In this document: in pieces, positions 1 to 14,464 of the stretch
Layout of the letters: each line of letters begins with the position of its first letter
Position numbering within the stretch: position 1 is the stretch's first letter
Assembly (NCBI RefSeq): GCF_018350175.1
Contig: NC_058368.1
Coordinates: forward strand, 172,424,001-172,488,000
Reading direction: 5' to 3'
Source: Felis catus
Lineage: Eukaryota
DNA: 64,000 bases
Made by a program: the position numbers and the translations under genes
The notes under the pieces: model-generated
Database searches by the model: none
What the model was told of the DNA's origin: nothing
What the model saw: only the letters and a program-made list of their open reading frames with translations

Positions 1-103
1 GCCAATGGACTCCTAGCCATAAGCCTTTTCAAATAAGGCCTGAATGATAAAGAAGGCCGATGTGGTTAAACACCTATCTCTGGAACTTAACTACTATAAT
101 GAT

Positions 104-135
<32 letters not shown>
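104..135 (+). repeat. (AAC)n microsatellite
   Basis: Directly visible tandem AAC. Confidence 0.9.
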
Positions 136-1574
136 AAAGCATTTCCTTCACATCTTTAGAATGTGTTTTTTTCACCCTGACTTTGAAACAAATTATTAAA
201 TTGTATTCGCTTTCTAAATCTGATGAATGTTATTCAGGGACTCCCACAAACTGTTTGCCATTTATTACACTTGCTAATTAGGAGTTCTAAGGTCTTTATC
301 TTCCCCAACCTACAGTCACATGCCCAGGATGGAGCTTTGCTAAAAGCAGGACTCCTGGCTAATACTGTTAATGAGTTTAGCACTGCCAAAATGTCAATGG
401 TTTTTTATTTGGTCAGAAAGGGCCTAATTTATCTAGTTCAGCTGCCCTCGGTAATTTGCATGGAAATGTCAGAGTAGCAATCAGGAGAATCGTATGGCGA
501 TAAAGATGATTACTAGCAGGGTAGCAAGAATACCCCACTGATAGACTGCTTGTGTTTTCCCTTCACCACTGCAAGATTTAGTTCAGAGATAAGGCAATGG
601 AGTACAAAGAGCTAAAAACCAAAGCATAACTCCATATGCTTGTATGAAGTTTGTCTGACGTACAATTACATTTTTGAGATTTTTAAACATATAGGGTATA
701 AGAAGCTTAACTATAGAAGGAAGAGAGCGTAAGAAAATGTTTCAGGGTAAGAGATGGAAAGAGCAGGGCAGTTGAACAAAATTTGCTTCAGTTTACAACG
801 AATTTTAGGATGCTATATAAGAAAAGGGTACCTAAAGGAACTAGATCTAGATTGCTTTCAGCACTTTTGCACTGGAAAAAAAAATCTGCTAATGACTTAA
901 TCAGGACAGAATAAAAAGAGATTTCTTCTTTAGCCAGTTCAATTTATCCCTTCCTAAATAAGTGTTAAGTGGTAACAAACATAATCATTGTTAAGAGTCA
1001 GTAATGGATAATAGGGCTGTTCACCTTTAGGTCATCGATGTCTGGAGGTCCAAGCTCAGGAGGCATTCACTTAAGCTAAGTGCAACGGAAGGGTGGGGTG
1101 GGCAGGGAGAGCCCATACATGTGTGTTGATTTGAGGGGCTGGACTCAGCCTTTCACTGACAGAATTCCAAAATTCACAATGGGGACATATCAAATTCATT
1201 ATGAGTGTCATGAAAAAGGAGAATCATACGAAACAAAGGATAAAGAAAATAAAGCACTCAGTCCAGTCCCCACGGACTGACCTCTATGGAATAAAAATTC
1301 CAGGCTCCCAAGATGTTCTTGTCATCCTCTTTGCCAGCCAGCCTGATTGATACAAGGAGCATTGTAGCTCTTTAGCTTACCAGATGAAGCAGAGAAAATG
1401 CTAACAGGGCCTCTGCTCAGAAAGTAGAGAAGCAGAAATCCCAGTACCAAACCCCATGCAACCAGAGCTCCCCACTAACTCCCACACATGTGGTCTTCCA
1501 AGTAGCCTGGAAGGTCTTTGCTTTCAATTAAAGGGCCCAAATATTACCAACATAGGTGTTTAAGAAAAGCCTTG

Positions 1575-1805
1575 GGGGCGCCTGGGTGGCTCAGTCAGTT
1601 TGAACGTCCTACTTCGGCTCAGATCATGATTTCAACAGTTCGTGGGTTCGAGCCCTGTGTCCGGCTCTGTGCTGACCGCTTGCTCAGAGCCTGGAGCTTG
1701 CTCGGATTCTGTCTCCTCCTCTCTCTGCCCCTTCCCCGCTTGTGCTCTGTCTCTCAGAGATAAATGTTAAAATTTTTTTTTTCTTTTAGTTAAAAAAAAA
1801 AAAAA
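1575..1805 (+). mobile_element. CanSINE (felid SINEC)
   Basis: GGGGCGCCTGGGTGGCTCAG head, CT tract, A tail; TSD-like aagaaaagccttgg/aagcaaagtcttgg. Confidence 0.9.
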
Positions 1806-2328
1806 GCAAAGTCTTGGACAGAAAAATAACTATTTTACTTTACCTCTTCAATTTCCCTGCAAAAACTAAACAAATCTACAAGTAAAATGTTGGCATACAT
1901 GGGCTTAAGATTTAATCCCTCCTTAAAGAAAATTAAGTTTGCTGTGACAAGGACAAAAACATTTGCTTCATGAAATTTTCGATCAACTAGTCTACTTAAC
2001 TAAGCAATTTAACCAAGTCAGTGATTGCAGCTGTACTATTTAGAATTGGACCTTTAAACGATCAAACAAGTTTACTTTAATGGAAGGAAATATTTTTATC
2101 TAAGAGGTCTTTGTTTACATTTCCAAGCACAGACTCACAAGGATGTAATGCTACTACTTGGCTACTGTGGATTCTTATGGCAATATTTTGCTTTTCCTTG
2201 ATTCTGTTTCCCCACCACTAACACTGGCATAGTTATCTTTTCCACTAACCACTCAGAATGCTGGATTCACAAGTTATCAGGTAATTGCTAAGCACAGTGT
2301 AGGCAATGATGTCTCCAGGCTCAAATCT

Positions 2329-2818
2329 TTTTTTTTTTATGTTTATTTTGAGAGAGAGAAACAGAGGAGAGTGGAGAGGAGGAGATAGGGAGAGAGAGAA
2401 TCCCACTCAGGCTCCGTGCTGTCTACATAGAGCCAGATGTGGGGCTCAATCTGACAAACCATGAGATCAGGACCTGAGCCAAAATCAAGAGTCAGAGTTT
2501 TAACTGACAGAGCCACCCAGGTGCCCCCAGGCTCAAATCTGAAACAGAAGACAGACATAACCCACAGGCTGGAGACCTAGCTCATTTAAAAACAAAAACA
2601 AAAAAGACAAAGAAAATTTTAATCTGAGAGAGAATGAGAGAGCACATGCGCATGTGAGGGAGGGGCACAGGGGGAGAGAGACCATCTTAAGCAGCCTCTA
2701 TGCTCAGCGTGGAGCCTGACATAAGTATTGGGGGGCTCAAGCCCACAACTCTGGGATCACAACCTGAGTTGAAATCAAGAGTCGGACAGTTAACCAATTG
2801 AGCCACCCAGGAGCCCCA
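2329..2818 (-). mobile_element. Two minus-strand CanSINEs (about 2329-2527 and 2610-2818)
   Basis: Reverse-complement heads (gagccacccagg.gcccc); the first has TSD ccaggctcaaatct. Confidence 0.85.
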
Positions 2819-5800
2819 AGAACAAGGGTTCTCATGACACAGTTGGTTACCTTAACAGAAATTCAAATGAGTAAGAATATCTGCCTAATCAAAGAAAACT
2901 AACTGAATATAGTTACTTTAATTCGGGGTCTTTTTGCATTAAAAATTGGAGCCTGACTAGCTTTAGCCTGTGTATATCTTCTCTGTCTCTTGATTTTTTT
3001 CAGTTTCACCTAAAGAGAACTAGGTGTGGGTTTACATATCCAGGGCTCTGCCACTTACCCTGTGACCTTCAGCAAGTTATTTCACCACGGTCTCCAGTTC
3101 CTCATCTGGCCAGGCACACAGTAAGCATTCAAATGCGAGCCAGCATCATCACCTCTAACACTGGAGGCCTGGTGCTATAGCTATAGCCATGTCAGTCCTG
3201 CTGGTAACTTTTAGATAGCCGTCATCATCTGTATAAATACTGTGGATTTCTTCTTAAATCTCAGAAGAATCTACAAGTACAATCAAGTTAATGTGTTCTC
3301 ACTTAATTCCTCCCCTTTCCCTGACAGAGCTATATAAAGAATAAAGATGCAATTTGATTTCCTTCTTCAATTTAAAATCAGGCTCTACCATGCTCATTTT
3401 AGCATAACCAAGTGTTAGAAAACTCTTATAATGACAAAATATCATTATTTCTTTCTGAGTAATTTCTAATTACCAGAATACACTTGTCCACTTTAGGATA
3501 TGTTCCCTTTTCCAACAGCTAAGCTAGAAATAGGAACAAGCTTATTAGAATTCTAGCCAACACCAGTAACAAAATATAATTAGCTTCTTGGAATTTATGA
3601 GCCTATTCTTTCAACAAAATACAGTAATTATTCTTTAAAAATGAATACGATAATGCACGGATTGCAAAGAAACACTTCACTGAATGAATTAAGGGACATT
3701 ACTCTCATATCTATGTTTCTTTTACTTTGTTGTCCCTTTATTCATTTGAATTTTCAATCTCGAGCTAATAAAACCACTGACTATCACGTGAGTAGGCAGC
3801 ACAGAATCACAAAAATGTAATAATGTTGACAAGATGGCTGCTGATTCTTGGGGCTGCTAGCAACAAGGACTGCAGAAATGGGGCGAGCAATAGTTTAAAG
3901 AAGTTACCATTACTATTTCACCAATGTGAAAACGTTAATGAACTAAGGAGAGAGATTAGTCCCGTGATAATAGAGAAGAAAATAAAAGAAACTCTCTATC
4001 TACTGTATTTATCAGAACAGTACCTAAGGGGCTGAGAGCGACACTGGACAAACTTTTGGAGCAGAAAGAAAAGCAGCATTTCCTCCAAAGCAGGAAATTG
4101 ATTCAATACCAATGACTGAACCAATGCACAGTTCCTGGCAAACACTAGGAATGCCATGAATGTGTGTCCTTTTCCCCTTCTGGCAAAGTTCCATTATCGG
4201 CTACAGCACATTACATAAAGGGATCAGAGTTTTCCCACTTGCTCAGGGTTTTCTAGCTGCCTGCAGGGAAAACCCTGTGGATGAGCCAGGAGATCTTGGG
4301 GAGTTTATACAAAGCTGAGAGTCAGGGATTCGGGCCTCAATTTGGAGTCATGCCTTCAACGTGCAGTCTTTTTCAAACGGGTCTTTGGTTTTCCCGTATT
4401 GTGTTAGGTATTACAGGGGGTCAGCAGGAGAGCACAGCAAGTACCAGACATTCCAAGCCACTGAAGGTGTTTACAAGCTTGTGGGGCAGGGAAAACTTCC
4501 GCAGGAGATGCAGGATGAGGCCACACATTGTAAAGCCCTTAACATGTGTGTGTAGAGATTAAATCCAGTAAGATTTTTAGAAAAGCATGTAGTGGTGCCA
4601 AGTTGAGTCAGCTGGATCGAAATAAGGGCATCTTCATGATTAATTCGGATTAAGAAATGCAAATAACACTATGCAAATGGCCACAGTAATAAAGATCAGG
4701 AATCTCTTCATCCATAATAAACTGGGTGATGAAAGAAACACAGTAATATCAAGGGTGGATAAGTTAATAAAACCTTCCTCCACGAAATATGCTCTGTTCC
4801 CTGTTCCTGTTCCCTGTTCTTCATCCTCCCAGTACTGCCTATCTTGCTCTGCCTCTAAATTCTACTCCTAATTATGTACAGTTCACAGGTTTATCTGTAC
4901 TACTGACATTCAAAGGAAGAGAGTTTTATCTCCACATGGAGAAATGCTACCTTCTCCAGTACACACAAATTGCTGAACATTGTACACCCACCAGCCATAT
5001 GAAGCAGGGTGGGGGACTTCCAGGAAGTCACCGATGAGTGCCACATAGGGACTGACTTACTTCAAGTCATGCAATCAGATAATACCTACTTCCTAAGATG
5101 GCCTGAATTCTTGTCCCAGTGTGTAGTAGCAATTCGAGCACAGCACAAATCAGATTCCAGGATTAGTCAGTTCCTTCCTACCTTGCAGAGGATGGTAATT
5201 CTTAATAAACTAACTTCCTTCCAGAAAAGAGGGAAACCAATAGAGAAGCATCTGTACTAAGCTGGGATTTCATTTTGACTAAAGATACTCTGAGGGCTAC
5301 TGAAATGGAAGCCAGACTGGCACTCAGAAAACTACTTTCAATCATTCAGTCAAGTTTCTACTCCAATCCTTTGTTGGGCCTAATACTAGGCTATTGGAAT
5401 CACCAAGTATGAAGGCTTCCGTCATTCAAGTTCCCACTATCCACTCTTTCCATTTGCATACTCATTTCTGAATGTTCTGTCTTGTGCTTAACAAAGTATG
5501 TTTACATTCAGTGACATCTCTGGGCAGGAAACCGGGCTCTGACACCTCCCTGCACCATGCCTATATTCCCAGGTTGGCTTTCAACTTGTCAGAGAAGAGG
5601 GGAATTGGGGTACAGAGGACAGCAAGGCCAAATTGCAGCTTGTGACCTTCCCTTAGCTTCTTAAAAGCAGCAAAGACCTGACACCATCCTAGCAACCAAA
5701 GCCTCCAGACAGGTCATCCGAGGTTTGTCACAGGATTACTGAGCTCCTTAAAAAACAACAATAACCCCCCCCCCAAAAAAACAACTTGAAGATACAAGCA

Positions 5801-6067
5801 GGCCCTTTAGCTACAAAAATAGCTACTCTGGGGGGAAAAAAATAGTTACTCTGATTCCAAGAGCTAAATCGACTACCTGGCATAGTTTGCCAAGCTAGTA
5901 GGTTAAATGTTGCTCTACATTAGCATTTTGGTCATATCCACTTGAAACAAAAATTAAGTAAAGCCTTTAACCATAGGCTGGTACTTAGCAACATAGTTCA
6001 ATTTAGGGATTTTCAAGTAATCATTTTGTTATTTATAGGAAGTCACCATTAAAACAGAGAAACACCA

Positions 6068-6480
6068 GGGTGCCTGGGTAGCTCAGTCTATTAAGCCTCC
6101 GACTTCGGCTCAGGTCATGATCTCACAGTTTGTGGGTTCAAACCCCACATCAGGCTCTGTGCTGGAGCCTGCTTTGGTTTCTGTGTCTCCCTCTCTCTCT
6201 GCCCCTCCCCAATTCACGTGCACATGCTCTCTCTCAAAAATGAATAAACATTAAAAATATATATATTTATATATGTTATATATTATAATTATATTATATA
6301 TAAATTATGTATAAATACACAAATATATAGTATATAAATATATAATGTGTACAAATATATAGGGAGTATATATACATTATATAATTTATATTATATATAT
6401 TTATATATAATATGTTATATTATATGTAATAATAAATATATAAAATATAAAATAATTATATATATATATAATATATATAA
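6068..6480 (+). mobile_element. CanSINE followed by a degenerate (TA)n low-complexity tract (about 6258-6480)
   Basis: SINE head and body, then about 220 bp of AT-rich TA repeats. Confidence 0.85.
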
Positions 6481-6744
6481 AGAGATTCATAATGGTAACA
6501 CTAGCGATTCATAATGGTAACACTCTTTGGCCAGAAAATAAATTTCAGCAGCCCCTATAATTAAAAAGGATTCCACTGGACCACAGGAATTAAGCATCCT
6601 ACAAAGAGAATGGTTCTCAGAAGACTTTGCAACAACAGATTAGTAGGAGATCGTGCAGAGACAGGTTAGTATCAACATACATGTAAGAAGGAAGTAATAC
6701 ATTAGATTTACATGTGAAATAGTCTCTTTAAAAACATCATTCTA

Positions 6745-6965
6745 GGGGCACCTGGGTGACTCAGTCAGTTGAGTGACAGACTTCAGCTCAAGTCATGATC
6801 ACACGGTTCATGCGTTGGAGCCCTGCTGGGCTCTTTGCTGACAGCTTTGGAGTCTGGAGCCTGCTTTGGATTCTGTGTCTCCCTCTCTCTCTGATCCTCC
6901 CCTGCTCACGCTCTGTCTCTCTCTTTCAAAAATAAACAAACATTAAAAATTAAAAATTAAAAAAA
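6745..6965 (+). mobile_element. CanSINE
   Basis: Typical head, body and tail; TSD aaaaacatcattcta/aaaaacaccattcta. Confidence 0.9.
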
Positions 6966-8042
6966 CACCATTCTAAAACTGAAAGAAAAAAAAGGCAGGC
7001 TAGCTCACTCCCTAACCCCTGCATCTCCCTGCTCGGTTACACCCATCCTACTGCCATGGATCAGAATGTCAAGGCCACAGTAGCCAGTTATGTTGGCCCC
7101 AAAGGGTAATCGGATGGAACTATACAGTAACCCATTCTGGCTGCAGACTTGCTGCCCAGCCTTGCTGGCTGTTCTGCACTCCGTCCGTCATGCCATCTGA
7201 CACTGGTCAGCACTCCGTCACCCCTGTAGAGACATTCTTAAATAAGCAACAGGCAGAAAACTACGTAAGTGGGCCTAGGTAGAACAACAGATGGTCCCAA
7301 TTTATTAGAGCCCATGTGTGGTTTTGTTTTGTTTTTTTTAAATTGACCTCTTTAGTCTTTGGATTCTGTTACAAAGACCATCCCAGGCCTCAAGGCACCC
7401 TTGTTTTTCCTTCTTTAACATTAGACACCAACTCTGTACAATATACTGTTCAGTTTCTCCATTTACACACATTCTCGCTCTCTCAATCTCTCTCCTTCTC
7501 CCTCCCTCCATCTGCCCTCAAGATACAAGAAAACACGAAATTGTGTTCGTACGTTACTTACATGAACAAGGATTGAAAACCTAAGTATTTATTCCATAGT
7601 TAACAGTCCATCTCGTATACCATAAAATGCTTTAGAGTTATTAAAATTCAAGTTTTTAAAAAAGAAAACATATCAAGGAAAACTTGAGAAAAAGTAGGAT
7701 CTAACACTATAAAATCCAAGTATGATCCCTTTAAAGAAATTTTACTTCAAGAATATATTAAAATGTTACCTGACAGTATAATTAAGAGACTTCGTTTACC
7801 CATTTATTTTCCAAATTTAGTATGTATATATATTACTTTTATGATCATTCCCACATGCCCCTTATTGCTTTCCTTGCCCTTTAAGGACCAATCAAAGGTA
7901 GAAAAGCTCACGTGATTCGTAATGAGTTAATCAGGTTCTTTTTTTAATTAAAGAAGCATTACTTTAAAAAAAACAATTTCAATTATAATGCTGATTCTGA
8001 ACCATCAGCATCAATGTATATATTATAAATACATAAAATGCA

Positions 8043-8490
8043 GGGCGCCTGGGTGGCTCAGTCAGTTGAGTGGCTAACTTCGGCTCAGGTCATGATCTCA
8101 GGGTTCACAAGTTTGGTCCCATATCAGGCTCTATGCTGACAGCTTGGAGCTGCTTGTAGCCTGCTTTGGATTCTGTGTCTCCCTCTCTCTCTGCTCCTCC
8201 CCCAGCTCATTCGTTCATTCTCTAACATAAACAAACATTAAAAAAAATTTTTTTAAATACATACATACATACATAGGGGCGCCTGGGTGGCTCAGTCAGG
8301 TAAGCATCCAACTTTAGCTCAGGTCATGATCTCGTGGTTTGTGGGTTTGAGCCCCACGTCAGGCTCTATGCTGACAGCTCGGAGCCTGAAGCCTGCTTCT
8401 CCCTCTCTCTGCCCCTCCCATGCTCATGCTCTGTCTCTCAATAATAAATAGTTGAAAAAAATTCTTTTAAAAAAGTACATACATAGATAA
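8043..8490 (+). mobile_element. Two tandem CanSINEs, the second (about 8276-8475) nested in the (TACA)n tail of the first
   Basis: Two heads; acatacatag flanks the inner copy; ataaaatgc flanks the pair. Confidence 0.85.
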
Positions 8491-8699
8491 AATGCTAGAA
8501 AGCAGAGACCATAGTTCTTTCACCTGTATTTGAATACACAAAGTACCTTGTTGCTTCATTCTACTCCTTATTTATGTCTATGAGGTACAGGCATCTACTG
8601 GGCAGTGGCTAGAACAGAGCACAACATCAGCCCCTCTGTATTGGGAGCTAATAGCCATGAAGGCCAAAGATTCCCAAATCCTGACCAATTTTTGAGCCT

Positions 8700-9610
8700 T
8701 ATTATCCCACAGGCCACACCTGCACATTTCCACCTAGAGGAAATTCAGCACAAATTCAGCATACCCAAATCCAGACTCATCATTCCTTACAAATTAGATT
8801 TTACATGAAATCTCCAATCTCGCCTATCAGCATCATCTGCTCAGAAAGCTGGACATCATCCCCAATGCCACTCCTTCCCTGCAACCTATCAACCCACCCA
8901 CCAACCCCAGGTCCTACAGATGCCAGTTCTAGAGACCATGGCCACACAGCCTGAGAAGGCTGTAGGGACTATGCACACAATAGGGACTTCCGGAATCAGA
9001 CCCCATTTTAAATTTCGCCCAACACACCTACTAGATGTGTGACGTTGCGCAAGCCCCTTTATCCGTCTGAGTTTCCACTCCCTCACTACCAAATGCCCCT
9101 AAGATAGGACCTGTGTCACGGGGCTGTTGCAAAGTTTAAATTAAGGTCATTCACTCTAAAGGGACTGTGGAGGGCTAAGTTCTGTGCGAGTATTAGTGAT
9201 GGGCAGTGAACAGGAGCTACTCTGGTAAGAAATCCCAAGTCCACAGTCCTGTGCAGTATATTAAGTGCCATATCGCAGACATAGCTGATGCTAATGGAAC
9301 CCAGGGGGCAGTATGGCATCTAGACCAGAGTGGGAATATGGGGGAAAACTTTCAGAAGAACACACACTTGAACTAAGTCCTAGGATATGAACAAACAGAA
9401 AGTAGATACACAACAGTTGAGGATATGGACTGTACAGAACAGCAAATGTGAAGTTCTAAGGCCATGAGATACGCCCCTTGAAGGTACGGAAAGTAGCTGA
9501 GTTGGCTGGAGACTAGGACATGAGGATGAGAAGTGGCCAGAATGGAGCTAGAGAAGTCACCAAGGGTAACCTGAAATGAAGGGCTGTAAGCAAAGAATGG
9601 GCATTAAAAA
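8700..9610. mobile_element. Ancient L2 and MIR fragments
   Basis: L2-like phrases (aaatccagactcatcattcc, ctggacatcatcc, ggctggag...gagaagtc) and a MIR core (gtgtgacgttgcgcaagccc...ctgagtttcc). Boundaries approximate. Confidence 0.5.
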
Positions 9611-9795
9611 TGCATTGCAAAGTGCTTCACACTTTTGAATGCTACTCCTCAATACTGTATGTAACTGCCTTCAATTTTACCACGATCTAGTCTGCTTTAC
9701 GCTTTCCGCAAATATATAACCTAATGTCTTTTTTCTTAAGCTGGCCTCTTCCTATTAATTATTAATATGTCAGAGTATTTTTAAAGAGCAATTCA

Positions 9796-9900
9796 GGGGT
9801 ACCTGGCTGGCTCCGTCAACAGAGCATGCAACTCTTGACCTCAGGGTCATGAGGTCGAGCCCCATGTTGGGAGATTTCTATAAAGATTGCTAGGGAAAAA
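9796..9900 (+). mobile_element. Short tRNA-derived CanSINE variant
   Basis: ggggtacctggctggctc...agagcatgcaactcttgacctcagggtcatgagg. Confidence 0.75.
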
Positions 9901-10751
9901 AAATCATTTTAGAATTTTTCTGCAATTTACTTGGTAAATTAACGGTGGGAATATAAAGGGAAAAGCTCATCACTCTTTGACAGTCAGAAGAGCATGAAAA
10001 GGTAAATTTCTTATCATAAACCTCAGAACTCTCTCTGTAACTGATCACACTAACTTCCCAATTCCACCTGCTGTGCTAAGTTGTGTTTAGAAGATACCGC
10101 ATCGGCCTCATTATTTCAAGGCATAATACATGCCCATCTTCCCATCCAACCCACATCAGCTCCAGTGGTTCAGGGCACTCAGTCACCCAGAGCATCATCT
10201 GCCCTCTGTTTTGATGAAAACTTCATTCAACCACTGAGGAATACTGCAATGCCACATTCTGGAGGTAATCCACCCCAGTAACTCTGACCTCACTGGAATG
10301 CCTTATTAGCTCCATATAGTAACCTACGAATACTGATATTTTTAAAATTAGTGAAATGAATTGAAATCTTTATCCTTCCCACCAGATTAAAAATCATTCA
10401 TCCAAGAAAAGCAATTAACATATTTCTGTCACTTGCAAATGAATACAGAAGCTTAACTGCAGGGACTTCCCTACCTTTTTAAGAAAGGATGTCTTTTTGC
10501 ATGTAGGGCACAATAATATATAGAATTACCCTCCACATCCTCAACCTTAAATACCACATATTCATTTCTAATTTGCAGGGGGGAAAAAATCCTGATGAGG
10601 TTAGAGGTATCAGATTAGCCATTCTTGTGAGTTCTACATTTTCACTTTAGGTCAATCATAGTATCAATGAACAACAGAAATTTCTAATGGGATGCTTTTG
10701 AATATGAGCTTTCTTGTACTCAAAATGATGCGTTTTAGAAAGTATAATTTA

Positions 10752-11093
10752 GGGGGCACCTGGGTGATTCAGTCGGTTAAGTGTCTGACTTTGACTTAGG
10801 TCATCATCTCACGGTTCATGAGTTCGAGCCCCACATCGGACTCTCTGCTGTCAATGCAGAGCCTGCTTTGGATCTTCTGTCCCCACTCTCTCTGCCCCCC
10901 TCCCCTGTTCATTCATTCATTCTCGCTCTCAAAATAAGTAACTTTTAACTGAGAACAATCTGAGAGTTGATGGGGGGTGGGAGGGTGGGTGATGGGTATT
11001 GAGGAGGGCACCTGTTGGGATGAGCACTGGGTGTTGTATGGAAACAAATTTGACAATAAATTTCATATTAAAAAATAATAAATAAATAACTTT
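10752..11093 (+). mobile_element. CanSINE with a 5'-truncated carnivore L1 3' end (about 10946-11085) inserted in its tail
   Basis: L1 3' UTR motif gggtattgaggagggcacctgttgggatgagcactggg...aataaatttcatatt; TSD-like aaataagtaacttt/aaataaataacttt. Confidence 0.85.
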
Positions 11094-13199
11094 AAAAAAT
11101 ATAGATTTAGACTTTGATATGCATAGGGAAAAAAAACTTGCAAGATGAAACAGAAGTAATTGCTTCAAGTATTTCAACAAAATCTTAGTATTGCTGTCCT
11201 TCACATTTATTTCTAATACAATAGCACACTCTAATTCCAGCTCCTGGAGCTACTCCTACCATCCCAGGACCGGAACCTACCTCCAGCCAGCCTCCACTCC
11301 GATCTCTCTTCCTAAGACAGAACACCAAGCCAGGCTCAGGTACTCCTGTGAGTACAGATGGAAGCACATCTCTCCAACCCCAGCTGTACTGGGTGCGCCC
11401 CTGAAGCCAAGACCAGGGTTTGCCTTCAGGATGAGAAGGCAGGCGGGTATAGCCAGGATCCATCTTCAGGGACAGAGAACCTGAGGGTGGAGGGTGGGGC
11501 TTACACCACTAGCTGGTACATAAGTAGTTGTCCTTTCTGTAGTTTTTTTTGTTCGTTTTTTGGGGGGGTTCTTTTAATTCCTTTTCATGATTATTAATTG
11601 TTATGTATCCTGTCTGCCACGCTGCAAGAATGTGCTCTGAGAAGAAACCATTTCTCTGGCCACAGGCCACCTCCGCCAGCTAAGCTTCTGAGAAATACGT
11701 GAATACACCGTATGGTGGAGCACTGGGGGGCGTCAGTGAACAAGTAATGCTGCCAGACTGCAGGGGGTACTTGGCAAGCACTGACTGCAGGTTGAGAAAG
11801 GCCTCCTGAAGAAGGTGACATGTTGTAGGGTCTAGGATGAGCTGCGGTCCCCAAGGAAGGAAAAGCATTGCAGGAAGAGGGACTGGTGTGCGATCCTGTT
11901 TTCGAGGGCAAGGGGGAGGAAGAGGAAGTTTTGTATTACACACAACCTGTGCTCCAGCTTTCCCAGTTGGACATTCCCATCATTAGACACAGACCTGTGA
12001 GGCAACAGCTTGGCTAGAGACTAGTTTCAGTGGTGGGAATGGGTGTCTACGGAGGTCAAAGTTCAGGGAATCTAAAACTTGACAACCAAAAAGTGAGACT
12101 CACAACCTCAACCTACAGCCCCCGGCCATCTCAGGCTTATTTAGGTCTACAGCCCTCGGCCATCTCCTTCCTACGGCCCTCAGGTATATACTCATCAGCA
12201 AAGGACCAAACCTTACAACTTCAAAAGATGAGACAGAATATTCTACCACTTACTTCCTCCTTTCTGACCTTTAGACAAAACTGCAATCAAGAGACTTAAG
12301 GGGGGGGGGGGGGGGGAAGTCTTTCAAATGAAAAGTCAGCCAGCCATAAGCAGTACCAGAGTGGCCTTCACTGCTGTGGGGCACACTCCCACTCTCCCAA
12401 ACCCATGGACCGCAGTTCCTCTCTCACCTCCAGCAGACGTGCCCCTCCAGCAGCGCCATGGCTAACCCAAGCAAATCTCCCAGGGTGCCGCTGCTATCTT
12501 CCCACAGGTAATAGATCAAAACTTGTAAGGGAATTCACAAAGTATGTGTCACTGACAAAGCCTTATCTTCATGAAATAAGCAGTTACACAATACACCATC
12601 ACAGTCCATTTCTCTGCAATGCGTCCTCATTCTAGGCTTGGCGGGGGGGGGGGGGGGGGGCCTTCCCTCCCCCACCATTAACCATTGTGGTTGTCCTAAG
12701 GTCAGTTCCTGGGCATACGAGGGGCTGAGGACACTACAGCCCAGACAAAATAAAAACAAAATTAACAGAGATGAGAAGCCAAAAGAGTAACACTGAAAAA
12801 GCAATTAGTGTTGCCGTTTGTTAGCTCATTAACATTCTCGCTCTATGAATCCAAAAAAAAGAAATTAGCCTCCTTTCTTTTCTACGATTTGCCAATATTT
12901 GGAAGAACAGTTTCCCCAGGTAGCTTTTGGCATTAAGGTCCAGAGACAAAACTACCAGCAGGCTAGAAGACTCTCAGGATTCCTGGATATGGTCTTCATG
13001 ACTTATTTGTCTACACTTAAGAACTACTCCTACATTATTTCAGTGCTCACAAATAACAACCGCTAGTGTTTTGTTTATAAATGTTTCTGTTCTACTTGGC
13101 ACCTTCACTGTATCAAGTAAGCACTGTAGTAGCGAGTAACAACACAATTGTTGTGTTGTTAGGATTAGGGCAAGAGCTAACAAATAGTATTTACCATTT

Positions 13200-13407
13200 T
13201 TTTTTAACATTTATTTATTTTTGAGACAGGGAGAGACAGAGCATGAACAGGGGAAGGTCAGAGAGAAGGAGACACAGAATCCGAAACAGGCTCCAGGCTC
13301 TGAGCTGTCAGCACAGAGCCCGACGTGGGGCTCGAACTCACGGACCGCGAGATCATGATCTGAGCTGAAGTCAGCCCCATAACCGACTGGGCCACCCAGG
13401 TGCCCCA
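13200..13407 (-). mobile_element. CanSINE inserted in a MIR-like element
   Basis: TSD agtatttaccatttt on both sides; MIR-like sequence continues to about 13600. Confidence 0.88.
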
Positions 13408-14464
13408 GTATTTACCATTTTGATAAGCACTGCATAGACTATTTCACTGGCCTTCAAGTATCTGTCGAAGGTGGATACTCTTATCATCACCACTGTATAA
13501 TAGGGAATGTGTAGCCCAGAAAAAGCAACTTTTCCCAGATCACCTAGCCAGGACATGGCAGAGCTAGGATTTCAGATCGCACTTCACACCACACAGTTTT
13601 GCACACACACCAACTGAGGTGACTGATCAAGTAACTTGACCCAGGAAAGAAGTTAGTACAGAAGGTGGCCAAAGAAAACACAACACAACAAAACAACAAA
13701 AACAAAAACAAACAGCCTTTCCTCATCATTCGACATATTCCTTTAACCCCTGTATTAGCTGGGGACATTTTAATGCCAAATAAGAGATATGCCCCATCTT
13801 TCACACTTGAGGAATTAAAGGGTCTGAAGGCAGCTTTCTTTCTCAGCATCACACACTTTCTTCGGCAGTAATCACATGTGTGTCCAGACAGCATTTTCGT
13901 AAGCAACTCAGAAGCCCCAAATGAAAACACAGTCTTGGAAGTCATTATCAGTCATACCAGAAGGTGTGTGGCTTTCTACCCCACACGTACATCAAGGCAT
14001 CCTGAAAAGAGGGGACCCGACATTCAAGTTAAAACCTACCCATTCTCAGCTGCAAGTAAAAACTCCTCCTGTCCTGGGGGTCCAGCTCACCTATTTTCCC
14101 CCTACTGACTACTAACGCTCTATTAATAATCAGTCTGGGCCAGCAGCCCCTGGACTCACTCATTCCCGCAGCACTAGCGCTCCTATAGGATGCTTACTCT
14201 CATCCAAACACTTCATCAAAAGTGCTCCCAATCAAGCATGAAAATAAATTAGATTTTGGTTTAACCAGGATTATATTCACAGCACCAAGAAATAAAGTAA
14301 CAGTTATCTAATCTAACAGGCCAGTCTCAGACTTCTTGGCTACTCTCCACAGGCCCCTCTTTCTAAAAGCCTTTCCTAAAACTCCTCTTTAAATACTGTG
14401 AAATCACAGCATGTTGTGGAACAAAGTAACTCTTCAAATGCCAGGGACATAACACTTGTAACTC

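Noticed and set aside
9796..9900. tRNA-like sequences with A/B boxes as tRNA genes
   Set aside because: They are degenerate tRNA-derived SINE heads with A tails or TSDs, not intact cloverleaves.
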